From Spirochaetia bacterium (GTDB taxonomy: Bacteria > Spirochaetota > Spirochaetia > UBA9216), in assembly GCA_963677925.2 (NCBI GenBank), contig CAXXYH010000003.1:1440001-1504000 (forward strand): a stretch of DNA of 64,000 nt. The letters are read 5' to 3'. Made by a program: the position numbers and the translations under genes. Within the stretch, counting starts at the first letter, position 1; every line of letters starts with the position of its first letter. Positions 40,442 through 50,044 of this stretch are shown here, piece by piece. Below the pieces are notes generated by a model, which was given only the letters and a program-made list of their open reading frames with translations, did no database searches and had not been told where the DNA came from.

Positions 40442-41536
40442 TCATGGATTTATTACCACCTTCAGTGAACCGTCTTTCTTGTTTTCAAATAGTTCAACAG
40501 CCTTCTCATAATCCTCGAGAGGAAATCTGTGGGTGATAAGTTTTTCTCCGTCTATCGCACCGGAAGAAAAGAATTTTAAAACTTGTTCCGATACATTTGG
40601 ATTAGCCTTTGAGCCTGTAATATGTATTTCATTAAAGTTCACTGTATTGGCAGGAATAAGCACCTCATCATCGTGGTAAGTTGCGATAATAGCTACAGAA
40701 CCTGTTTTGCGGACCATTTTACATGCCTTCATAGGAGAATCCTTCGCGCCTGAACATTCCATAACTTCATCAGCGCCGACTCCGCCTGTCAGTTCAAGTA
40801 CACGCTGTACGGGATCTTCCTTTTCAAAATCAATGCAGACATCAGCTCCCAGTTCCCTTGCTTTTTCAAGCTTGGCTCCGCGGCCGATCATGATAACCTG
40901 TCCTGAGCCCAGAGCCTTGCATTCCATCATTGCACTCAGACCGATAGCACCGGGACCTATTACCACACTTGTTCCTCCGGGGGTGACACCGGCCAGCTCT
41001 ACTCCATGGAAAGCTACGCCGGCACAGTCACACATTGAAGCAACATCATAGCTCACATTATCAGGTATTTTGTGAAGAGAACTGGTCTTGTAAACATTGT
41101 ATTCAGCATTTGCACCCTGCCAGTAAAATCCGTAATGACGGTGACCGGTATCAAGACCTCCGTCCTGTCCGTCTTTTCCGTAATCAAGGCATACTGTATA
41201 ATGCCCCTTCTTGCAGTTATCACATTTACCGCAGCCGACATGAGCCTCTCCGGCAACCCGGTCGCCGGGGGCGAAATCCTTCACGCCCTCTCCAAGAGCA
41301 ACAACCTGGCCTGACCATTCATGCCCCATTATAAAAGGATAATAAGGAGGCCAGTTGGCAAAACTGTATCCGCCGTGAATCATCTTCGGATCTGAACCGC
41401 AGATAGCTACAGATTTAATACGGCACAGTACCTCTCCCGGTCCTGGCTTCGGAACCGGAACTTCTGCTAATTCAAGTTTATCATATGCCACAAGTGTCAT
41501 TGCGTTCATTTTTTCAGGTATTTTAAAAGTGTCCAT
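40442..41536 (-). CDS. Zn-dependent MDR dehydrogenase (sorbitol/idonate/threonine DH-like)
   Basis: ICGSD, GHE, CGKCDNC..C structural Zn site, GPGAIG. Confidence 0.9.
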   Translation of the reverse strand: MDTFKIPEKMNAMTLVAYDKLELAEVPVPKPGPGEVLCRIKSVAICGSDPKMIHGGYSFANWPPYYPFIMGHEWSGQVVALGEGVKDFAPGDRVAGEAHVGCGKCDNCKKGHYTVCLDYGKDGQDGGLDTGHRHYGFYWQGANAEYNVYKTSSLHKIPDNVSYDVASMCDCAGVAFHGVELAGVTPGGTSVVIGPGAIGLSAMMECKALGSGQVIMIGRGAKLEKARELGADVCIDFEKEDPVQRVLELTGGVGADEVMECSGAKDSPMKACKMVRKTGSVAIIATYHDDEVLIPANTVNFNEIHITGSKANPNVSEQVLKFFSSGAIDGEKLITHRFPLEDYEKAVELFENKKDGSLKVVINP

Positions 41537-41537
41537 T

Positions 41538-42314
41538 TTAATCCTCTAATTTATCTTTTCCGTAAATATTTTTGACATATTTCTGCTTTTCCAATGATTT
41601 AACCTCTTCGGCAGAATGTGTCCTGGTGAATTCCAGATAATCCTTAACTCTGAGGACAAGGCTTTCCAGATGCCGATCCATCATATAAGCAGCCTCGTCA
41701 GGCTTATGCTCCTTGATACATCGGAATATCATATAATGGTAGAAACTCGAGTCTTCAACATCAGGTTTATAATAAAGAAAGCTCTCCATTTTTGATGTTG
41801 ATATCCACTTAATTAATTCCAAAAGACTTACAAATATCTCATTTTTTGATGCAACAGCAATTTTCACATGAAAATCACTGGTAAGATTTGCAAAGTCATG
41901 GCTGCTTGTTGCTTCTCTCTGAAGTTCCTCAAAATAGTGATCCATATCACGTATGTCTTCTTCAGTTGCATTTATAGCAGCCTGTCTTGCTGAGGCCATT
42001 TCAAGACCGCGTCTGAATTCCATTAAACCGACAAGATCGTTTTCATTCAGAAGGACGGAAGGAACCATATTATTCAAATACATCTGTGTTCCTATTTCTT
42101 TCAGAAAACTCCCCTCGCCTCTTCTAGTTTCAACTATTCCAAGAACAGCCAGCTTATTCAGCACAGCACGGATTGTATTTCTGCTTACACCGAACATATC
42201 CTTAAGTTCGTTTTCTGAAGGAAGCTTGTCATTTGGAGAATACTTACCACTGAGAAGCAGAGTTAAAACATCATTGTAAACAGTCTCAGTGATATTCGGT
42301 TTTGAACTAGCCAT
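41538..42314 (-). CDS. GntR/FadR family regulator
   Basis: LPSENEL..FGVSRNTIR wHTH plus FCD domain (FH...ASKN). Confidence 0.93.
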   Translation of the reverse strand: MASSKPNITETVYNDVLTLLLSGKYSPNDKLPSENELKDMFGVSRNTIRAVLNKLAVLGIVETRRGEGSFLKEIGTQMYLNNMVPSVLLNENDLVGLMEFRRGLEMASARQAAINATEEDIRDMDHYFEELQREATSSHDFANLTSDFHVKIAVASKNEIFVSLLELIKWISTSKMESFLYYKPDVEDSSFYHYMIFRCIKEHKPDEAAYMMDRHLESLVLRVKDYLEFTRTHSAEEVKSLEKQKYVKNIYGKDKLED

Positions 42315-42320
42315 TATTTC

Positions 42321-43355
42321 CTACCTCTTTTTGATATACTTCTGAGTATCAACTGCTATAGCAAATATGATTATCATACCCTTTATAATAAACTGAATGT
42401 AGGGATTAATATCCATATATACCAGACAATAGCTTAACATCTGAAATATCAAAACGCCAATAACCACACCGCTTATTTTTCCAACTCCGCCTCTAAGAGA
42501 AACACCGCCTACAACACATGAGGCAATAGCATCAAGCTCATAGCCTTCTCCAAGCATGTTGGTGGCACTTCCTGTTCTTCCGGCATCAAGGAATCCAGCG
42601 AATGCATATGCGAGTCCTGCAATAACATAAACAAGCATGATTACACCTCTGGTATTTACTCCGGAGACAATAGCTGCTTCCTTATTACCGCCGACTGCAT
42701 ACATATTTCTTCCAAGGGTTGTCCTGTTCCAGAAAACCCAGAATATTATTGTAAGCAGCACAGCATAAATGACAATGTAAGGCAGGCGGAAACTTCCAAG
42801 CTGTATGGCCCCCTGTGCAATATTTGTAAATCTGGTATCATAGCCGCCGATCGGTGATGAATGATTGACATAGTCAAAATAGAGAGACATTGAACCGTAT
42901 ACAATCATAGACATTCCAAGAGATGCTATAAACGGAGCAATCTGCAGCTTTGATATAAGCAGTGAATGAATCACTGAAAAAATCAGACAGACAACTACCG
43001 CTATGAGCAGAGGGACTATTATAGGAAGCGCTGCCATTTCAGGAAAAATTCTCAATGCGTAATCAGGCTTCTGAAGAAGAGAAGCACATATTACTCCCGC
43101 AATACCAACCATCCTGCCTGCAGATAAATCGGTACCTCCCAATATAATTATACCTGCAACTCCGAGAGCAATTACAAGCTTGGGCGCAGCCTGCTGAAGT
43201 ATAAAAGTCGCATTTCTGACGCTCAGTATTGACGGTTCCAGAATTACTATAGTCAGAATAACCGCCACAAGAACGAGATATATTGCATTCTGCATAAACC
43301 AGTGGCGGGTAGCTGTTATGCTATCCTGATTAAGTCCTTTGATTTTCAATTCCAT
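42321..43355 (-). CDS. mglC: Galactoside-type sugar ABC permease
   Basis: GTDLSAGR, GRNMYAVGGN.EAA, YELDAIA.CVVGGVSL.GG. Confidence 0.82.
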   Translation of the reverse strand: MELKIKGLNQDSITATRHWFMQNAIYLVLVAVILTIVILEPSILSVRNATFILQQAAPKLVIALGVAGIIILGGTDLSAGRMVGIAGVICASLLQKPDYALRIFPEMAALPIIVPLLIAVVVCLIFSVIHSLLISKLQIAPFIASLGMSMIVYGSMSLYFDYVNHSSPIGGYDTRFTNIAQGAIQLGSFRLPYIVIYAVLLTIIFWVFWNRTTLGRNMYAVGGNKEAAIVSGVNTRGVIMLVYVIAGLAYAFAGFLDAGRTGSATNMLGEGYELDAIASCVVGGVSLRGGVGKISGVVIGVLIFQMLSYCLVYMDINPYIQFIIKGMIIIFAIAVDTQKYIKKR

Positions 43356-43380
43356 ATTTAAACCTCTTAGTTCTCAAATC

Positions 43381-43782
43381 TTAACTGTTAACAAGCCCGG
43401 TCTCTACACAGAGATAAACCAGAGGTATATTTCCGGTATTGCGGATTCCATGAGAGCCGCCGCTGCGGATCAGAGCTATTGACCAGGGTTTAACAGGCAT
43501 TACTTTTCCACAGAGAGTTACCTCGCCCTCACCTTCAATTATCAGATAGAACTGTTCATTTCCCTCATGCGGATGTTCGCCGACCGAGCCCCCGACGGGA
43601 AGTGTTGTTCTGTGTACATAATGAAAATTTTCAGTACTCTCAGGGTTTCTCGGGCCGACAACAGGCATTTTTGCTTCATCACCGAAAAGTGTAACGTTTG
43701 CAATTGTACCGGCACCGTTTTCACAGTTTGCGACATCATATGCCGGGGCATCTTCAATATTTCTGTAAACAAATTTTTCCAT
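43381..43782 (-). CDS. Cupin domain protein
   Basis: GEHPHEGNEQFYLIIEGEG and GGSHGIRN cupin metal-binding motifs. Confidence 0.88.
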   Translation of the reverse strand: MEKFVYRNIEDAPAYDVANCENGAGTIANVTLFGDEAKMPVVGPRNPESTENFHYVHRTTLPVGGSVGEHPHEGNEQFYLIIEGEGEVTLCGKVMPVKPWSIALIRSGGSHGIRNTGNIPLVYLCVETGLVNS

Positions 43783-43818
43783 AATTACTATCTCCTAAAT
43801 TTTCAGTCCAAATACCTA

Positions 43819-45318
43819 TCACAGGTACTTTGCCGCCAGGGTCATTATTTTTTCCTGTGTACATTCTTTTGCATCAACTATTCCGGCGTTTTTGCCATTG
43901 CTCATAACCAGTATCCTGTCTGCAACACCAAGAAGCTCCGGCATTTCAGATGAAACAAATATAACAGCCTTGCCCTGCTTAGCCAGCTCTATCATGAGCT
44001 GATAGATTTCATATTTTGCACCTACATCAATTCCTCTGGTAGGTTCATCGAGCAGCAGGATACGGGGCTCTGTCAAAAGACATCGGCCAAGCAGAACTTT
44101 CTGCTGATTTCCGCCGGAAAGAGTGCTTATGAGAGTTTTGAGTGTTGCGGTTTTTATACGCATTGCCTTAACAGACCATTGTGTATTTTCCTCAACTTTA
44201 TTCATCGATATCAGACCGAATTTACCGCAGTTTTTTTCAATACTTGAAGAAACCGTATTCCATCTGATATCCATTTGAGGAAAAATCCCGGTTACCCTTC
44301 GTTCCTCGGTAACCATGGAAAGACCTGCACCCTTAGCATGTTTTCTCGATTTTAAAATATCTTTTCCATCAACATATACAGCACCGCTATCTACAGTTCT
44401 CAAACCGAAAATTGATTCAAGAAGTTCGGTACGTCCGGCACCTACAAGACCTCCGATTCCAAGAATTTCACCTGCACGAACTTCAAATGAAACATCCTTA
44501 ATCTTAGGTTCATAAACAGATGAAAGCCCCTCAATCCGAATAAGCGGATCGCCAATTTCCTTTTCCTTTGGAGGAAACCGGTTGCTAAGCTCACGGTTTA
44601 CCATAAGCTTGATGAGTTTGTTGGAATCAATATCACAAATATTCTCGGTTGCAACCCACTGCCCATCTCTGAGTACTGTAACCCTGTCGGATATGGCAAG
44701 AACTTCATCATTCTTATGGGAAATATAAATTATTCCGCAGCCGTCGTTTTTCAGTTTTCTGATTATATCAAACAGAGCCTCAGTTTCTTTTTCTGTAAGA
44801 GAAGATGTCGGCTCATCCAGAACAATGACTTTGGCATTATAAGAAACCGCTTTTACAATATCAGCCATCTGTTTCATTGAAACCGACAAATGGTTAATCT
44901 GAGTCCGCGGATCTATTTTCATATTAAATGAATTGATGATCTGCTTTGTATCTTCATACATTTTTTTATCATCAACAAATATCCCCTTCCGCGGATACCG
45001 GCCTAGCCAGATATTATCCATAACATTCCGCTGGGGTACCTGTTCAAGTTCCTGGTGAACCATAGCTATTCCGGAACGTAAGGCCTGGCTTGGATTATCA
45101 ATTACAGCCGGTTCACCGTTTAAAAAGATCTGCCCCTTATCCATTTTATTGATGCCGAAAAGGCACTTCATAAGGGTTGATTTACCTGCGCCGTTCTCAC
45201 CCATCAGGGCATGAACTTCCCCTGGCCTTACATTAATCTTTACATCCTTAAGAGCCTGTACACCGGGAAAACTCTTGGAGACATTATTCATTTCAAGCAG
45301 GTATTCTTCGGTCTGCAA
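43819..45318 (-). CDS. mglA: Galactoside-type sugar ABC ATPase
   Basis: GENGAGKST, LDEPT, LSGGNQQK, DEPTRGIDVGAK; TTG start with GGAG SD. Confidence 0.88.
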   Translation of the reverse strand: MQTEEYLLEMNNVSKSFPGVQALKDVKINVRPGEVHALMGENGAGKSTLMKCLFGINKMDKGQIFLNGEPAVIDNPSQALRSGIAMVHQELEQVPQRNVMDNIWLGRYPRKGIFVDDKKMYEDTKQIINSFNMKIDPRTQINHLSVSMKQMADIVKAVSYNAKVIVLDEPTSSLTEKETEALFDIIRKLKNDGCGIIYISHKNDEVLAISDRVTVLRDGQWVATENICDIDSNKLIKLMVNRELSNRFPPKEKEIGDPLIRIEGLSSVYEPKIKDVSFEVRAGEILGIGGLVGAGRTELLESIFGLRTVDSGAVYVDGKDILKSRKHAKGAGLSMVTEERRVTGIFPQMDIRWNTVSSSIEKNCGKFGLISMNKVEENTQWSVKAMRIKTATLKTLISTLSGGNQQKVLLGRCLLTEPRILLLDEPTRGIDVGAKYEIYQLMIELAKQGKAVIFVSSEMPELLGVADRILVMSNGKNAGIVDAKECTQEKIMTLAAKYL

Positions 45319-45336
45319 AATGCACTCCTTTAAAAG

Positions 45337-45376
45337 TCGGTTTGCAAAATTCAGTCTCCCGAATTTTACAAACCGA
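45337..45376 (-). terminator. Stem-loop after mglB
   Basis: TCGGTTTGCAAAATTC / GAATTTTACAAACCGA inverted repeat. Confidence 0.55.
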
Positions 45377-45405
45377 AAAAAATTGTTGTTAATTATAACT
45401 GATAA

Positions 45406-46452
45406 TTACTGAGCCAGCTTGTAGCCTTCAATGGCTTTATCAACATTTTCAATTGTTATCTTCTGTTCCGGAATCTTAACAATCTTGTCTACCATTTCCC
45501 ATTCAAGACCTTCATCTGCCGGTTTACCCTGAGCTACGTTCATTGAAATCTGAACAACTGCGCGGGCTGCATCATATGTACTTGTAAGAATTGAACCAAG
45601 CATAACACCGGATTTGATGAGCTCAGCAGTTTCAGGAAGTGCGTTAACACCGATAACAGGAACAGCTCTTTCTTCTGTGATAAGACCGTTGCCCCTGAGA
45701 GCTTCAACAGCACCAAGTGCCATAGCATCATTACTGCAGACAACCATTTCAATCTTGTCTCCGAATTTACCTATCCAGGAGTTCATAACTTCAACTGCTG
45801 TAGAAGTACTCCAGTTTCCAGGCTGAGTTGCAATCTGTTCTGCAGCGATTCCGGAATCATCGATGGCTGCGTAAAAACCGTTTGCACGATCGGTAGCATC
45901 ACTGTGTCCGGGTGAACCTGTCATAAGAACATACTGAAGAACACCGTCTCCGTTTGTGTCATATTTTGCAGAATCTTTATTCCATGCATCAGCTACCATT
46001 TCACCTTCAAGACGGCCCTGATAAAGAGAATCGAGACCAACATACCAGCACTTGTCATAACTGTTAAGAACTTCCATGGTAGGCATTCTGTTAAAGAATA
46101 CAATAGGAATACCTGCATTCCTTGCTTTCTCAACGATGGTATCACCGGCTGAAGAATCTACCGGGTTTACAGCGAGAACATCAACACCCCTGATGATCAT
46201 CGTATCAATTCGTTCTGTCTGTGTAGCCTGCTTGTTTTCACCATTTACCATCATGAAATCAAGCCCCGGGTACTTTTCAGCCATTTCATAATTAATACCG
46301 TTTCGGATATAACCGACAAAGGTATTAGCATAGTTGAAAATTGTAAAACCGATGAAAGGCCCGTCTGATGTTTCGGCCTCCTGGTCTCCTGATGCATGAA
46401 CAAAGCTCAGGCATGTTACTAGAACGAGCAGTACCATAATGAATCTTTTCAT
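45406..46452 (-). CDS. mglB: Galactose/glucose-type sugar-binding protein
   Basis: Start ATG 46452, signal peptide MKRFIMVLLVLVTCLSFVHASG; PIVFFNR, YVG, DTNGDG Ca-binding loop, GHSDA..R, SNDAMALG. Confidence 0.85.
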   Translation of the reverse strand: MKRFIMVLLVLVTCLSFVHASGDQEAETSDGPFIGFTIFNYANTFVGYIRNGINYEMAEKYPGLDFMMVNGENKQATQTERIDTMIIRGVDVLAVNPVDSSAGDTIVEKARNAGIPIVFFNRMPTMEVLNSYDKCWYVGLDSLYQGRLEGEMVADAWNKDSAKYDTNGDGVLQYVLMTGSPGHSDATDRANGFYAAIDDSGIAAEQIATQPGNWSTSTAVEVMNSWIGKFGDKIEMVVCSNDAMALGAVEALRGNGLITEERAVPVIGVNALPETAELIKSGVMLGSILTSTYDAARAVVQISMNVAQGKPADEGLEWEMVDKIVKIPEQKITIENVDKAIEGYKLAQ

Positions 46453-46479
46453 TATCTTCCCCCTAAATTTTTTTGAAAA

Positions 46480-46711
46480 ACCTGTCCCACAAGTCCAGTC
46501 CCAAGGCATAATATCTTAATTCATGCCCTCACTACTTGTAGTACAAGTTCTGCATAACAAACAGTTAAACACAGGTTTTTTCAGTCGTCAACATTTATTT
46601 TTAATGATTTTAGGTAGTTTTTTTTAAATATCTAATATTTTCTTATTTTTTCACTCTTTTACTTGTCCTACATCCTAGAAATTACATATATCAGGAACCT
46701 GTGGTACAACC
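46480..46711. promoter_or_regulatory. Four FadR-type operator boxes upstream of mglB
   Basis: ACCTGTCCCACAAGT 46480-46494, ACTTGTAGTACAAGT 46534-46548 (perfect), ACTTGTCCTACATCC 46661-46675, ACCTGTGGTACAACC 46697-46711. Confidence 0.75.
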
Positions 46712-46751
46712 TCTTGATATATGAACTGTATTTTTACATGTAAACACAGAA

Positions 46752-46778
46752 TTCAGGAGCAGCACAGCTGCTCCTGAA
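46752..46778 (-). terminator. Hairpin downstream of the exported TIM-barrel gene
   Basis: TTCAGGAGCAGC-aca-GCTGCTCCTGAA, 12-bp perfect stem. Confidence 0.6.
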
Positions 46779-46795
46779 GATTCAAAATACTTGAA

Positions 46796-47908
46796 TCACT
46801 CCGGGTGACTGAGTCCCAGCGAAATATACATTTCATTAAAATAATCGATACTCACTTTTATCGAACCCCAGCCGTCACGGTTATAGGAACCGGGTGAATT
46901 ATCTTCTACAAGCAGCCACTCCAGACCATGAAATGCCATTGCCCTGAGAACCTCGTTCCATTCAATATCGCCCTGCCCGCATGCGGTTGTATAATAGCCT
47001 TCACAGTCAACATCCTTTGCATGAATAAGCCTGTATTGATCTCCATGTGCCCATAGATATTTTATAAGTCCTTCCTCACCAAGAATCTCGAAGGGATAGA
47101 TGGCTTCTAAACCTACATTTGGATGGACTGCATGCGATGTATCAAAATGCCAGAGAATTTCATCACCGAACTCATCATAAAGAATATCAAGCATATAGCG
47201 GCCGCCGTAAGAATCAACCGGGATCCATTCAAGTGAATGTGCATGAAAACCAACCTGAAGATCATATCCGTTCTTCCTGATCTGATCCTGCATATATCTG
47301 AACTTTTCAGCTACATCTACTACCCATGCAGACATCATTGACTGAGTCATCTGATCAAACCAGTTATATCCGGGAGCCAGACTTATATCAAGAGAAATAC
47401 CGTCTGCTCCAACCGCATCCAGATATTTGAATATTTCTGCAAGTTCTTTATCACTGTAATCCCAGGCTGTAACCCAGTGAGGTGAGATAATAGTAAGTCC
47501 AAGCTCTTCATTCAGAGCCTTCAATTCAGCAGCATCCATGTACCACCAGTTAGTATTGGCATGGTTCGGCTGATATCCCTTATACCCCATAGCAGCAATT
47601 CTTCGAAGCGTTTCAGTCAAAGCCTCCGTAACCGCTGCTTTTTCATCCATTCCCGAAGCCATATGAGCTTCCCGGATTGCATTGTACTCATTGCGAAGTG
47701 TATACAGCGTTACACCAATCTTTGGACCGTAAACTACTTCCTTCTCCTCAGCTTCCGAAGTTCCGGCGGCCGCGGCATTCGTACCGGATGTACCCGAATT
47801 ACTTGCCGACTGCTTAGTTTCTGTCTTCGTTTCCTCAGCTGTCCCTGAGGCGCAAACGAAGCTCAAGCTTGTAATCAGTACAAGCATGATCATTGTGAAC
47901 CTTTTCAT
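46796..47908 (-). CDS. Exported sugar phosphate isomerase/epimerase (xylose-isomerase-like TIM barrel) with signal peptide and low-complexity linker
   Basis: Start ATG 47908 with GGAGG SD; IGVTLYTLR, GFHAH..E, FDTSH, IHAKD, GQGDIEW, LVEDN. Confidence 0.78.
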   Translation of the reverse strand: MKRFTMIMLVLITSLSFVCASGTAEETKTETKQSASNSGTSGTNAAAAGTSEAEEKEVVYGPKIGVTLYTLRNEYNAIREAHMASGMDEKAAVTEALTETLRRIAAMGYKGYQPNHANTNWWYMDAAELKALNEELGLTIISPHWVTAWDYSDKELAEIFKYLDAVGADGISLDISLAPGYNWFDQMTQSMMSAWVVDVAEKFRYMQDQIRKNGYDLQVGFHAHSLEWIPVDSYGGRYMLDILYDEFGDEILWHFDTSHAVHPNVGLEAIYPFEILGEEGLIKYLWAHGDQYRLIHAKDVDCEGYYTTACGQGDIEWNEVLRAMAFHGLEWLLVEDNSPGSYNRDGWGSIKVSIDYFNEMYISLGLSHPE

Positions 47909-47936
47909 TAGTTCCTCCATAACTTTTTACACAAAC

Positions 47937-48131
47937 ACTTGTTCTACATGTTGATTAAAAAAATAAGGTTTTTAATACACTTTTAACAACATGAAGTCAT
48001 GTTGTGGTTGAAAAGCAGTATAAACACGGTAATTTTTACTTGTCAAATTAATTTTTACCATTTTTTTAGCAATATTTTTCTTGACCGCAGTCTTTTTATG
48101 CTTTATCCTCAAATTCACTTGTACTACAAGT
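47937..48131. promoter_or_regulatory. Divergent promoter region with two more FadR-type operators
   Basis: ACTTGTTCTACATGT 47937-47951, ACTTGTACTACAAGT 48117-48131 (perfect); minus-strand TTGACA-18-TATACT at 48046-48017. Confidence 0.72.
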
Positions 48132-48184
48132 AACTTCTTAGATTGTGGTATAAAATTTTATTTCCCCTTATCGGCAGGTAAACA

Positions 48185-49018
48185 ATGAATATCAGATACG
48201 CATCACCAACCTTTTTATTCAGGGATAAATGTCCAAAGCAGCTGGATAAAATAATGAAAATGCTCGGCTCCATCGGCTTTGACGGACTTGAACTATTCGG
48301 GATGTTCGGGTTTGAAAGCAGTGCTATAATGGATTTCTGCAAAGAAAGCAAACTGAAAATCGTCTGTGATCATATCCCGTATGATGAATTTTCTTCTGAT
48401 ACAGAAAAGTCAATAAAAGCAAGAACAGCTCTCGGGGCAAAATATCTGACAATTGACAGACTACCCCCTGATTGTCTCCCGGGAAGCCCCGGATTCGGCT
48501 CAGCGCTTAAGGAAATTGAACGAATCTCAGGCGTTTGCAAGGATCACGGAGTGCAGCTTCTGTATCACAATCACGGTTATGATCTTATAAACAAAATTGA
48601 CGGAATCCCGGCGCTGGATCTTATTTTAGACAATACAGATCCGGAATTGCTTAAATTCCAGCCGGATCTTGGATGGCTGGCCCTTGGCGGAGGAGATCCA
48701 TATGCCTATCTTGAAAAGTACAAAACAAGATGTCCGATAATTCACATGAAAGATTACTATGCAGCAGCTCCGACCCTCCTTGAATCACCATTTCCCCTGG
48801 GCAACAGCAGGGGCGGTGAAGAGTATAACTTCTTCGAGTTCAGACCCTCAGGATACGGCATAATGAACTTTCCAAAGCTAATGCCGCTGATTCTAGCCTG
48901 TGAACCTGAATGGATAACTACAGATCATGATCTTTCCTACGAACGGAATACATACGATGACATGAAGATGGGGCTGGACTACACTAAATATCTTGTTTCA
49001 ATCAGTAATATAAATTAA
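48185..49018 (+). CDS. Sugar phosphate isomerase/epimerase (TIM barrel), cytoplasmic
   Basis: GFDGLEL, LYHNHGY, QPDLGW, IHMKD, GYGIMNF. Confidence 0.87.
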   Translation: MNIRYASPTFLFRDKCPKQLDKIMKMLGSIGFDGLELFGMFGFESSAIMDFCKESKLKIVCDHIPYDEFSSDTEKSIKARTALGAKYLTIDRLPPDCLPGSPGFGSALKEIERISGVCKDHGVQLLYHNHGYDLINKIDGIPALDLILDNTDPELLKFQPDLGWLALGGGDPYAYLEKYKTRCPIIHMKDYYAAAPTLLESPFPLGNSRGGEEYNFFEFRPSGYGIMNFPKLMPLILACEPEWITTDHDLSYERNTYDDMKMGLDYTKYLVSISNIN

Positions 49019-49023
49019 ATAAA

Positions 49024-49058
49024 AACAGGGCCTGACTGCTGACAGTTCAGGCCCTGTT
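49024..49058. terminator. Probable bidirectional terminator between convergent genes
   Basis: AACAGGGCCTGA / TCAGGCCCTGTT inverted repeat. Confidence 0.65.
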
Positions 49059-49094
49059 CTCCATGTCCTTGATATCTCTCAACCAATAAACCGC

Positions 49095-49931
49095 TCATTC
49101 CCAATTGAAAGTCAATGAAACTCCGGTCTCCCTGATATTGGCAATTTTAGCTATCTCAAGCTTACTGTCGAAATCAGTATCATGGCAGGCATAAAAATTT
49201 CCAATCTTGGCATTTTTAACATATTCAAGAGTAGATTCAAGCAGATATTCAGAAGGACTCTGCAGATGCAGTCCTCCTACTACGGAATTAATATTGTCGA
49301 TACCTGTAATTTTTTTAGCATAACTCATAATGTTGCAGATACCGTTATGTGAACATCCTGTGATAATACTTATTTCATTGTTCTTATGCTTGTATACAAG
49401 CTGTGAATCTTCATCAATAAAATCGTCTATATACTCTTCATTTTTTAATTTTTTATTTTGAGGAATCTGACATTCAAAATCATTGAGCCTTTCCACCTGT
49501 CCCATAAAAATAAGGCGTTCAGTCAGATTCATCGGTTCAGAGACAAAGCGGACATCAAAAAACTTATTAAGAGTTTCTGCATCAACATCAAAACCGGTAG
49601 CTTTATCTACCTCAAAATTGTATTTATACAAAAGCAGATCTTCACTTGCAGAGAGGAAAACCGGTTTCCTTTTCAAACCCTTCGATTTATAATATTCAAT
49701 CAGGTGCTTAACACCGCCTGCATGATCATAATGTCCATGAGAAACAATAACATAGTCAAGTTCCGTTAAATCGATCCCCATCTGTTCAGCATTCTTTATA
49801 AACGCATCTGAATAGCCTGTATCATAAAGGATCTTCTTCCCTTCATCTTCAATATATGCACTGAATCCATGTTCCGCATGAAAAAAAGTGTCATACAAAC
49901 TGTTGTTTTCCACTAATAAAACGAGTTTCAT
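49095..49931 (-). CDS. MBL-fold metallo-hydrolase (MJ0448-like)
   Basis: AEHG, YDTG, SHGHYDHAGG, TGCSHNG, GGLHL, CH motifs. Confidence 0.87.
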   Translation of the reverse strand: MKLVLLVENNSLYDTFFHAEHGFSAYIEDEGKKILYDTGYSDAFIKNAEQMGIDLTELDYVIVSHGHYDHAGGVKHLIEYYKSKGLKRKPVFLSASEDLLLYKYNFEVDKATGFDVDAETLNKFFDVRFVSEPMNLTERLIFMGQVERLNDFECQIPQNKKLKNEEYIDDFIDEDSQLVYKHKNNEISIITGCSHNGICNIMSYAKKITGIDNINSVVGGLHLQSPSEYLLESTLEYVKNAKIGNFYACHDTDFDSKLEIAKIANIRETGVSLTFNWE

Positions 49932-50044
49932 AATTCATCCCCAAAATTGATAATAGAATAATATGTCACGCAAGGGCATATCAATTTTTTACGGGGCAGA
50001 CAATTTAAACAATCAGTCCGCCCCGTTTTTATTTTTTTATTTTT

